Virus record (IMG/VR): IMGVR_UViG_3300019742_000001
DNA: 64,000 bases
Origin: a virus
Taxonomy: Duplodnaviria > Caudoviricetes
Reading direction: 5' to 3' (one strand)
Shown piece by piece: positions 30,381 through 38,509 of the stretch. The translations under genes and the position numbers were made by a program. The notes under the pieces were generated by a model, which saw nothing but the letters and a program-made list of their open reading frames with translations, ran no database searches and had not been told where the DNA came from. Every line of letters starts with the position of its first letter. Position 1 is the first letter of the stretch.

Positions 30381-30884
30381 CTAATTAATATTTCTTATTT
30401 CATATCTATCGTAAACTAAGTTCGCAGATGATTCCAAATTTTGCGACCCTTCACGATAGGTTAAACTTATTTCACCTAACATGTTTATCCAAACTCCTAT
30501 AAGATCAACAACCATTATTTCTTCCTGAAAATTATCCAAGATTCTTAATGTAGCATCTATCTTATATTCGTTTCTTGTTCGACCATATCGGTCACTATTA
30601 TTATTTATAAAAGTTATCCATTTATAAAGTGTTGACCAGTTATTAAATTTCGAATCAACGGTGAATGTTACCAACCAAGGTTCGAATGTTATACTTCCTG
30701 AGTCCTGATGTATCGTTCCACCCTGCCAATTGATCTCTGTTGTATCAAGTGTCACAGAAGGGATAACTGTTGTATGGATATTCAAAGTCAACCCCTGCAT
30801 GTCTCGTATGTTGTCACTTACAGGAATTTTAGGGAAAATTAATTCAAAATTACTTGGTGTTGCTTTATTTAAATTAGTTCTCAT
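30381..30884 (-). CDS. gp3: Tail tube terminator / completion protein gp3-like
   Basis: NxATPSNFELIFPKIP start, tube-like fold, between gp15 and gp18. Confidence 0.75.
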   Translation of the reverse strand: MRTNLNKATPSNFELIFPKIPVSDNIRDMQGLTLNIHTTVIPSVTLDTTEINWQGGTIHQDSGSITFEPWLVTFTVDSKFNNWSTLYKWITFINNNSDRYGRTRNEYKIDATLRILDNFQEEIMVVDLIGVWINMLGEISLTYREGSQNLESSANLVYDRYEIRNIN

Positions 30885-31733
30885 TTATTTCTCCCCATTA
30901 ATAACATGTTCGTATTTAAACAATTCTCTTATTGAGTCATCCACTGGCACACCTTCTACTGGAATCTCAGTCGCAAATAAATTTCCCTGCATTGACTGAT
31001 TACCCAATTCACCTATCAACAACTCTGTATCCTCACCCCGATTTTCAAAAGATGAGTCACTTGTATATATGTTCTGAACAACACTATGAACTCTCTTGGT
31101 ATCATATGTAGGTGAAAATAAATAACCTTGTACCTTGAATGTTAAATCCCAACGTAGTACTCTATAACCAGCCTCATCTAAATCAACAGTTGCCTCTTTC
31201 GACGCACTTTCATAAACAACACGTAGGTCCAATTTATCCGAACCTGATTCTCCATCCTCTGACAAACCATCTATGTTTAATTCTGGTATCGTTATTCTTA
31301 TATATGACTCTGGTGTAAAAAATGGGAATATCTGTTCTACTATTTGTGTTATATCAACCATATACTCTGATGCAATCATAACTTTGAAAGTAAAATCATA
31401 TGGCACTGGATTGAAAAATTGTTTGTTACTGGAAGAATCACTTGATAGTGTTACCTTGTGATTACGGTTTACTTGTCTATCCAGTGCATATTCAACGTTT
31501 TCCATCTCTATTGCCATTGTAGGCAACACTTGGTCACGAACATCACCAGCTTCTTTTAACTCTGTCCAATACCATTGTTTGGTTTTTGGAGCAAAACTCA
31601 ACGGAACTTTTACATATTTAATAACCTCACCAGTTTCTTCATTGTATCTAGCAATAACTATGTCATTAAATAGATCAAGAAACTGGATGATGGTTTTTCT
31701 CATCACATTATAAAAAAAGTGTTGTTGTGCCAT
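30885..31733 (-). CDS. gp15: Tail sheath terminator gp15
   Basis: HFFYNVMRKTIIQFLDLFNDI...KVPLSFAPK...PVPYDFTF motifs. Confidence 0.93.
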   Translation of the reverse strand: MAQQHFFYNVMRKTIIQFLDLFNDIVIARYNEETGEVIKYVKVPLSFAPKTKQWYWTELKEAGDVRDQVLPTMAIEMENVEYALDRQVNRNHKVTLSSDSSSNKQFFNPVPYDFTFKVMIASEYMVDITQIVEQIFPFFTPESYIRITIPELNIDGLSEDGESGSDKLDLRVVYESASKEATVDLDEAGYRVLRWDLTFKVQGYLFSPTYDTKRVHSVVQNIYTSDSSFENRGEDTELLIGELGNQSMQGNLFATEIPVEGVPVDDSIRELFKYEHVINGEK

Positions 31734-32002
31734 TATTCCTCACATCCCATTTCCATCTTAGCAAGTCTTGTGTAATAATCAGGGCATTCGGCAAGATGAT
31801 CTAAAGCAATTCGTTTGGCTATCTCAGGGTTACTTGTGTGTTCATATTCAACTTTGATACCCATCTTGAGTTCTTTAGGGTCACAATCTTCTTCTTTAAG
31901 ACCCTTTTCTTTAGCACGACCTTTATTTAAAAACTCATCTACAAAGTTTATGTCACCATCGGCTTCACTAACCAAACCCATAAAATCCATTAATCTTGAC
32001 AT
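31733..32002 (-). CDS. Small DUF5661-like protein
   Basis: ELKMGIKVEYEHT...IALDHLAECPDYYTRL motif; own late promoter and SD GGAGG. Confidence 0.8.
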   Translation of the reverse strand: MSRLMDFMGLVSEADGDINFVDEFLNKGRAKEKGLKEEDCDPKELKMGIKVEYEHTSNPEIAKRIALDHLAECPDYYTRLAKMEMGCEE

Positions 32003-32029
32003 CTGTATCCTCCATCTGTCTGTTATTCA

Positions 32030-32036
32030 TATTTAT
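32030..32036 (-). promoter_or_regulatory. Late promoter ATAAATA
   Basis: Intergenic tatttat, 27 nt before ATG 32002. Confidence 0.65.
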
Positions 32037-32056
32037 CAAAAATATCACGGTAATCT

Positions 32057-33166
32057 TTATCTAAATAAAATATTATCCAGATCAGTATTGTCTATATAAT
32101 CTGATTCAACCTCAACCCAATCATTGTCACCATATGTATCTGTAGATCTATCCTCTAAAGGTATACCAGTGTCTTCATATGTTGGATGTGGATCTTTGTC
32201 ATCTTCAACATAAACTTCTGTTTCTAATAGATCATAACTACCATCATCATTTTTCTTGTAAGTTGAACCACAATCCAAACTACCAACATCAATATCCAAT
32301 GTTGAGACTGGTACGTATGTCATTTCATCACCATTAGCATATATTAAATCAGCAGTCAAACCGTCAGGACTTATATGAATCTGTGTCCATCCAACTTTAC
32401 CCGTATGGATTTGTTCAGCCATTAATGATTGTTCACTGTAACGATATGGCCTAAGAATAAATTCCCATACCAATTTCTTCGCCATAAATATCGATTGTTC
32501 TGCACCAACGTCTGCAATTTCATAATTTCTGTTATTCCACAGAGTTTTTATGACATCTCCTGCCATTGGAGTGATATCGGAAGTTGTTGTTGTAGAAATA
32601 ATAAATGATGCGTTACTATCTCCACCAACTATTGTTATAGTGTCACCGATAACATAACCAGATCCTTTATTAAAAGAATCTAGTTTTATACTTGTAACTG
32701 ACCCATTCGATGTGGTTATATCAACAACCAACCCCGTACCAGTACCACCAGTAGTGGATACTTGGTTTTTTGTTAGATATCCTGTTCCACCAATTGCCCC
32801 ACCGATAGTCTGAGGAACACCACTTATAACAGCACCTATATCACGTGAAAATGTTGACTTAGGTATCAAAGAGTATTCTAATGTTTCATCTGATCGTATA
32901 CCCATCATATCTATCATGTTTGGTTCATCTGATGGTTCATAGTATAATTTGGTGGTAACTGGATCATGATAATTCTGATTAGCATCTTCACCATAAAGTC
33001 TATCCATCTTAGACTTTGCCCTATAATATTGCACAGGGAATCCTGCTATGTCTGTATACTCACCAACAACAGACTCATACATACAATATGCTGGGTTATT
33101 CTCTGTTACATCATAAAGACTCCACAATGGAGTACCTTTTATGCAATTAGGAGGACATGTAGACAT
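32057..33166 (-). CDS. gp14: Neck protein gp14 with an inserted GGxGY module
   Basis: GFPVQYY...DRLYGED...LYYEP...GDVIKTLWNNRNYEI motifs; follows gp13. Confidence 0.85.
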   Translation of the reverse strand: MSTCPPNCIKGTPLWSLYDVTENNPAYCMYESVVGEYTDIAGFPVQYYRAKSKMDRLYGEDANQNYHDPVTTKLYYEPSDEPNMIDMMGIRSDETLEYSLIPKSTFSRDIGAVISGVPQTIGGAIGGTGYLTKNQVSTTGGTGTGLVVDITTSNGSVTSIKLDSFNKGSGYVIGDTITIVGGDSNASFIISTTTTSDITPMAGDVIKTLWNNRNYEIADVGAEQSIFMAKKLVWEFILRPYRYSEQSLMAEQIHTGKVGWTQIHISPDGLTADLIYANGDEMTYVPVSTLDIDVGSLDCGSTYKKNDDGSYDLLETEVYVEDDKDPHPTYEDTGIPLEDRSTDTYGDNDWVEVESDYIDNTDLDNILFR

Positions 33167-33176
33167 TTATTACTCC

Positions 33177-33425
33177 TTAAACCGGATCTGGTATTTGAAA
33201 CCACATATCTCTGGTCATATCTCGTTCTGGATCTTCGATTGGATCACCTTGTGACAGTGTACGTACCTCTATCTTACTTCCATTTATATATTCAACTCCA
33301 ACACCTTCCAACACAATATCTTCTCTGATCGATAGATAGTTTGTTATTACACCATCAACCTCTTCGGAAATTGTTGTTAGTTTTGTGTCATCAAAGAGTA
33401 TCCATTTAGCATCTATTTGAGCCAT
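33177..33425 (-). CDS. Hypothetical protein
   Basis: 82-aa ORF, TAATG-coupled to the upstream gene. Confidence 0.65.
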   Translation of the reverse strand: MAQIDAKWILFDDTKLTTISEEVDGVITNYLSIREDIVLEGVGVEYINGSKIEVRTLSQGDPIEDPERDMTRDMWFQIPDPV

Positions 33426-33676
33426 TATAACCCCCTTCTTTTAATTTCTTGTTTGATTATTTTTATTTGTAAATCTCTTGGGGTTTTTTTCAAAGTTTTT
33501 TCATCTTCTCCCCCAGACAGATTGATTAAATCTTCATCTGACATTTTTCTGACATTATCCCTAACTTTTTTAGGGTCAGAAAAATCCTTGTCCCACCAAA
33601 ACATTTTATTGAATTTATCACCCAAAGTATCTTTTTTTGATTCACCAAGATATTTTTTCACTATTTCATCAATCAT
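33425..33676 (-). CDS. Small basic hypothetical protein (possible internal head protein)
   Basis: MIDEIVKKYLGE leader; SD GGAG. Confidence 0.7.
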   Translation of the reverse strand: MIDEIVKKYLGESKKDTLGDKFNKMFWWDKDFSDPKKVRDNVRKMSDEDLINLSGGEDEKTLKKTPRDLQIKIIKQEIKRRGL

Positions 33677-33714
33677 TATCAGTCTCCTTTATATCCATCC
33701 ATAAGTAATTGATT

Positions 33715-35460
33715 TTACATCATTCCTATACTCACACCGTACCCTTCGTACGCTTCTTCATCTCTAAGTGTCTGTTCTAAATATTCTTTTTCAGACTGAC
33801 CTTCTGAGATCAAATCACTACCATCAAGACTAATACCTTGGTTACCCAATGAACTGAAATTAGCAAACTTTCTACGAATCAAACCAAGACTCATCTTTGA
33901 CATTGCTGTAACATAATCAAGAATCCAATCTTCGTCATACATTGCCTCTTCAACATCTTTCTCAAAAGGTGTTGCTGATGTATAACTCACAACAATATCA
34001 TCACCAACATTTAATATTAGATTCCCTGATCCATCAACACCATCTAACGCCAATCCATCCCACGAAACAATAGTAGAATCCTCTAACCTAAAATCAATCC
34101 CATAAACACGATCAAACGCACCAACAGTGATTTTCATCCCATCACCAACCGATACTGGATCTTCTGTCTCTAATGACTTATTATCAATCTCTTCTTGTGT
34201 TAATTTTCTATTCTCTATTCTTGTCGTATACTGTCTTGTTACACTCTTATTAGCCTTAGAGTTGTTTGGTCTACGACTCCGAACAGCAACATATGTGATA
34301 ATAATTTCATCACCTATTCCTAACACCCCATCAAGTCCAAGATCTTTCCACGTCAATATTTTCTTGTCATTCGTTTCCATTTTGAAATCTTCTCCAAAAT
34401 TATGAACGATACCACCAGCAGAAACAGTCACGTTGTCATCCCATACAGGCCAAGACAATGTAACCTTACCAGTGTCAATATGATTTTGATTAATTCTATA
34501 TTGTTCAACTTCCTTTGAAGTCGATGTAACATTTGTCCATTCGTCTGGGTAATATTCTGACTCAAACAATACAGGATATGAAATTGATACTTCATCACCT
34601 ATAACCAATTGACCATCTAACCCCAACTCAGACCACGTAAGAACACGTCTATTCGTGTACAGTTGATCAAAGTCAACAAACTTTGTAGTAGTTATTCCAT
34701 TTACAGTTAATTTAATATCAGATTGTACATTGGTATCAAACTTATCACTGTAATCAATACAAGGTGTGTGTTTCAACACCAACGACTTATTCAATATATT
34801 ATTAGTAGTGATTGTTACATCCTCTACTACCGTTTTAACTTCCTTGAGTACATCCTTCCATTCTGGTTTATATGTCGGCAGAGTAGATCCCTGTAACACA
34901 TATGATCGTAATAATACATATCCCGGAGAATCAAAGACATATTCCTTCGGTAACCCTGTGTCATCATCATTTCCCCACCTATAAACCATACTCTCATTCA
35001 ATGGTGGTGCTGGATTAATCTCAAGTTGATTTGTTGATCTATGGTATTTCCAATTATATCTGGATGGTGTATATTTTTCTAATGTCTTTAGGAAATCCAA
35101 TGCTATATGATAACTTACCAAATCAGGTCCACCACTTATCATGTTCCCAAACATACCTTGTCCAAACATATAGTTCTCTATTGTGAACAGGGTATTAATA
35201 CCACCACTACGAATCGCATGATCATCATACTCAATAACCTCACAAACCCCAGCAGGCAAATCATATAAGGTTTTTCCTCCTTGTAACATAATCGTAAAGT
35301 ATGCTTCTTGTGTCGCGTTACCAATCGCCCACTTGATCCATTTCTGTCTGGCATAATCAATGTGCTCGCTTATCTGGTCATCACACATTTCAACCTTGAC
35401 CATCGGTTCACCTAAACGATTACGAACTTTTTGTATTAATTGACTTCTTGAGATCGCCAT
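33715..35460 (-). CDS. gp13: Neck protein gp13 with three inserted repeat domains
   Basis: RLGEPMVKVEM.DDQI N-terminus and WILDYVTAMSK...GISLDG C-terminus; 581 aa. Confidence 0.92.
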   Translation of the reverse strand: MAISRSQLIQKVRNRLGEPMVKVEMCDDQISEHIDYARQKWIKWAIGNATQEAYFTIMLQGGKTLYDLPAGVCEVIEYDDHAIRSGGINTLFTIENYMFGQGMFGNMISGGPDLVSYHIALDFLKTLEKYTPSRYNWKYHRSTNQLEINPAPPLNESMVYRWGNDDDTGLPKEYVFDSPGYVLLRSYVLQGSTLPTYKPEWKDVLKEVKTVVEDVTITTNNILNKSLVLKHTPCIDYSDKFDTNVQSDIKLTVNGITTTKFVDFDQLYTNRRVLTWSELGLDGQLVIGDEVSISYPVLFESEYYPDEWTNVTSTSKEVEQYRINQNHIDTGKVTLSWPVWDDNVTVSAGGIVHNFGEDFKMETNDKKILTWKDLGLDGVLGIGDEIIITYVAVRSRRPNNSKANKSVTRQYTTRIENRKLTQEEIDNKSLETEDPVSVGDGMKITVGAFDRVYGIDFRLEDSTIVSWDGLALDGVDGSGNLILNVGDDIVVSYTSATPFEKDVEEAMYDEDWILDYVTAMSKMSLGLIRRKFANFSSLGNQGISLDGSDLISEGQSEKEYLEQTLRDEEAYEGYGVSIGMM

Positions 35461-35780
35461 TATTCAGATCCTCCATCACCATTATAATTAGGGTCAACAT
35501 CTGCCTTATTTGGTATTTTATCAAGGACTTCTTGTAGATCCGTATTAATAGACTCACCTAATTTCTGTGACATCTTTTGTATCTTCTCTTTTAAATTTAT
35601 AATGTTCTTTTTTAAATTAACAATGCCTTCTTTCTGTCTCCTACGTCTTTCGTTATCCTCATCAGGCTTTTCCCCCTTTGCATACTCCAAATCACCCAGA
35701 GCAACATTCAAATCGAAAATAGCCTTCTTGTATTCTCTAACCATTTCATAATCTTCTTTTATATATCCAAAAAATCTCAT
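35460..35780 (-). CDS. Small coiled-coil hypothetical protein (possible internal head protein)
   Basis: MRFFGYIKE leader; SD GAGGT; late promoter upstream. Confidence 0.72.
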   Translation of the reverse strand: MRFFGYIKEDYEMVREYKKAIFDLNVALGDLEYAKGEKPDEDNERRRRQKEGIVNLKKNIINLKEKIQKMSQKLGESINTDLQEVLDKIPNKADVDPNYNGDGGSE

Positions 35781-35795
35781 ATTTACACCTCAATG

Positions 35796-35802
35796 ATATT
35801 TA
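35796..35802 (-). promoter_or_regulatory. Late promoter ATAAATA
   Basis: Intergenic tatttat, immediately after the terL-C stop. Confidence 0.6.
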
Positions 35803-36885
35803 TCATTTACTGGCCAACCAAGACCAATCCTCTTCCATTGCACCATCCCCAAAATCTGCCAGAACTCCCCACGCCTCATCCTCATTCTCTTCTGCGACAA
35901 ATTGATATGATTCATCAAACACTTCTTGTTCTAATACAAATATTGCCCAGTACAATGCAGATACAAGGTCATCAGCGATATTAACACCAGCATACCTACC
36001 GTTACCTACATCTTGAAAGTCGGCTAGTTGTTCAACGGTTCTTGGGTCAATAATCTCAACACATTTATCTTCAAGTATCTTTTTCATCAAAAGAACTGCC
36101 AGTGTTTTTGATTTTGTTGTAGCTCGTATACCCAAATCTCGTTCTTTACTACCTGTATTTATAAGATTTTCGTTCTCGTATTCCCACCACAGTCTATTTA
36201 CTACCGGAGCACCCTCTCCATTATTCTCACACATTATATGAGCATCATTATAATAGTATGAAGTTCGGTTAACAATTGACGCAAAACTGTATACATCTGT
36301 ATAGTTATCTTCCCATACAGCAACCTGTGTCATCGTTACTGGTGTGATACTATCAATCCTAAGTATCTGAATAACTGATGAGTTTTCTCCTGTACCTTTG
36401 GCTGTATCAACTCCCATTACATAAGTACAACCAGACTTTGGTTTCTCCCAAATTCTGAACTTACCTAACATATCAAGGAACTCTGGCTCTTTTCTTCGTT
36501 TAAATAATCTCTCAATACAAACAGAATCTATAACTGTATTACTTGAACCGATAAACTCACAATTGTGGTGAACGAAACCATCACCGTAATACACATCACC
36601 ACCAGTGACACCCAATAGATCATATACATCTGACCCACCAAGATTAATTATCTTTTTTATCTTGACCTCGCCATAATGTCTATGTATGATGGTATCGTTA
36701 ACAGATAGGTCATCCGCAAACACTTCACCAGAAAGAGTGACAAATCGGTGACCAACAGAAACTTCACAATACAATCCATTGTCACATTCAAATCTATAAC
36801 CCTCTTTTTCCAACTTCTGTACACCAACAAAACTTTGAAATCCTGTAGGTGTCAACACTTTATATTTTGTATTTCCTTTCAACAT
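35803..36885 (-). CDS. gp17: Terminase large subunit, C-terminal nuclease half, preceded by a 108-aa split-intein C-fragment (36885..36562)
   Basis: IntC ends VHHN, then C-EFIGSSNTVI; nuclease motifs MGVDTAKG, CENNG and DDLVSAL. Confidence 0.95.
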   Translation of the reverse strand: MLKGNTKYKVLTPTGFQSFVGVQKLEKEGYRFECDNGLYCEVSVGHRFVTLSGEVFADDLSVNDTIIHRHYGEVKIKKIINLGGSDVYDLLGVTGGDVYYGDGFVHHNCEFIGSSNTVIDSVCIERLFKRRKEPEFLDMLGKFRIWEKPKSGCTYVMGVDTAKGTGENSSVIQILRIDSITPVTMTQVAVWEDNYTDVYSFASIVNRTSYYYNDAHIMCENNGEGAPVVNRLWWEYENENLINTGSKERDLGIRATTKSKTLAVLLMKKILEDKCVEIIDPRTVEQLADFQDVGNGRYAGVNIADDLVSALYWAIFVLEQEVFDESYQFVAEENEDEAWGVLADFGDGAMEEDWSWLASK

Positions 36886-37510
36886 TTTTCCACACCTTAC
36901 CCTTTATGATCCGTTCAATTTGTTGTGGTGTAACACCATATTCACCTGCAAACTTCAAACTGAACGCCCTAATGTATGACATTGGTCTTCCATTCTTCAT
37001 GACTTGACCAACACCTTCTATATATGGCTGGTCTTCAAACATTTCAATGATTTGTATAACAATTGATTCTGTCAACTTTGTATTTGGTGGAAGAATCCCC
37101 TTACGAGTATCACACCACTTTTTACGCTGTTCTTCGGTGTGATTACATCCTTTAAATGGGATACCATCACGTTCCACTCTCTTCTTTGCTGACTCACTCA
37201 TCTTCTGTCTTGATTCTTCTGTATAAATATATCCTCTGGTTGTAAAATCATGACAAAGATGGTTACCCTTACCGTCAATTGATTCATTCAATCCATTATT
37301 GTAAGTATCATACAACTCTATATAATATTCCTCTCTGACACCAATATGAGAATAATCATCACTTCTTTCTAATATATCAAATTCAAATGAAAATCCCAAG
37401 AACCTATCTGATCTGGAATGGGCTGTCATTCTTCGTTTCAACCCTTTGTCAAATGTTGTTCCTATATAAAGTTGACCATCACTTCTGGTTATTTTATAAA
37501 CTATGTACAT
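36860..37510 (-). mobile_element. Free-standing GIY-YIG homing endonuclease (NUMOD3-like and HTH C-terminus)
   Basis: YIVYKIT...LYIGTT, EEYYIELY...GLN; HTEEQRKK motif; start moved to ATG 37510, which has SD GGAGG. Confidence 0.9.
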
Positions 37511-37530
37511 AATTTCCTCCATATATACAG

Positions 37531-37538
37531 TATTTATA
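37531..37538 (-). promoter_or_regulatory. Late promoter TATAAATA for the endonuclease and IntC-terL-C
   Basis: Exact T4 late consensus in the 32-nt gap after terL-N. Confidence 0.8.
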
Positions 37539-37553
37539 AAATCCTATGAATTG

Positions 37554-38444
37554 TCAACCGAAATTATCATACAGATCCGAAATCTTTATGTCCTGTATAA
37601 TTCCTGTCGATTCATCCTTTATTGTCACCAAAGAATTTTCACCCAAGCAACCAAACTCTTGATTAAATTTGACTTTACCAAGGTTAGACATCTGTTCTGC
37701 CGCCCACTCTTCATCCCTTCCGGGAACTGCACGATAATCAAAACGAGCGTGTTTAAATGTATTCTTACCTTCTTCCGCCTTTGAATAAATTTCATGGAAC
37801 TTATTATACAATCCATTTGGTGTGGAAATTATAATAATCTTTGATTCTTTTGACGCTGAAATTGTTGGGTAGTTTGATGCCCAAAATTCATCTGCTTTCC
37901 ATGAAGGTTCAACGAAAGCAAACTCATCACAAATCAACATTCCCATCGGCTCACCACGAAATGAATCTTTTGATGTCGCCGCAATATAAATCTTTGTATG
38001 GTTGTCAAACTCTATGGTAGTCTGTGCCCATCCCGGAACTCCGGGTTTTAACCAAACTGGTAATAATTCATACATGTATTTCAGTCGTGCCAAAAAGTTC
38101 TTTGCGGCATCAGCTTTGTTGGATACGATACCAATATTCTTATGACTGTGAAAACATGCAAACCATAATGCGTATGCAGCAACAATGGTTGATTTACCTG
38201 ACTGTCGTGATAACAAACATACATTAAAACGATTGTCTATAAAGTTTTGTATTAGTTCTCTCTGATAGTCGTATGGTTGAAATGTTTCAACACCACTATC
38301 TTGACTAACTATTTTTATATAATGACTAATAAAGTATAATACATCATTCTTACACCTATTAAGTTCTCTAACTTCCGTTGGAGTATAATCATATTCCAAA
38401 TTAGGAGCTTTTACATAGTCATCATATTTGACGTTACCACCAAT
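37554..38444 (-). CDS. gp17: Terminase large subunit, N-terminal ATPase half, ending in a 31-aa split-intein N-fragment (37649..37557)
   Basis: Walker A SRQSGKST, Walker B LICDEFAF, coupling motif ISTPNG; ends FNQEFG|CLGENSLV...DLYDNFG*. Start uncertain: TTG 38399 in the track, ATT 38444 proposed here. Confidence 0.93.
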   Translation of the reverse strand: MGGNVKYDDYVKAPNLEYDYTPTEVRELNRCKNDVLYFISHYIKIVSQDSGVETFQPYDYQRELIQNFIDNRFNVCLLSRQSGKSTIVAAYALWFACFHSHKNIGIVSNKADAAKNFLARLKYMYELLPVWLKPGVPGWAQTTIEFDNHTKIYIAATSKDSFRGEPMGMLICDEFAFVEPSWKADEFWASNYPTISASKESKIIIISTPNGLYNKFHEIYSKAEEGKNTFKHARFDYRAVPGRDEEWAAEQMSNLGKVKFNQEFGCLGENSLVTIKDESTGIIQDIKISDLYDNFG

Positions 38445-38460
38445 AACACACCTTCCCTAA

Positions 38461-38494
38461 AATGGGTGACCCCTGTATTTCAGGATCACCCATT
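38461..38494 (-). terminator. Stem-loop after phoH, within the terL leader
   Basis: aatgggtga...tcacccatt stem with a short U-run on the minus strand. Confidence 0.7.
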
Positions 38495-38501
38495 CACATT
38501 T

Positions 38502-38509
38502 TATTTATA
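38502..38509 (-). promoter_or_regulatory. Late promoter TATAAATA upstream of terL
   Basis: Exact consensus overlapping the phoH stop codon. Confidence 0.65.

Noticed and set aside
23162-36163. Additional TATAAATA matches (23162 on +; 30602 and 36156 on -)
   Set aside because: All lie inside coding sequence, far from starts or antisense, and are expected by chance in AT-rich DNA. The ATAAATA at 43815 is too close to the gp21 SD to call.
35803-38444. A single cis-intein with embedded endonuclease, broken by sequencing errors or stop-codon recoding
   Set aside because: The endonuclease has its own late promoter and SD, and IntC has its own SD and ATG. The split point matches known atypical split inteins, and other genes end normally at TAA, TAG and TGA.
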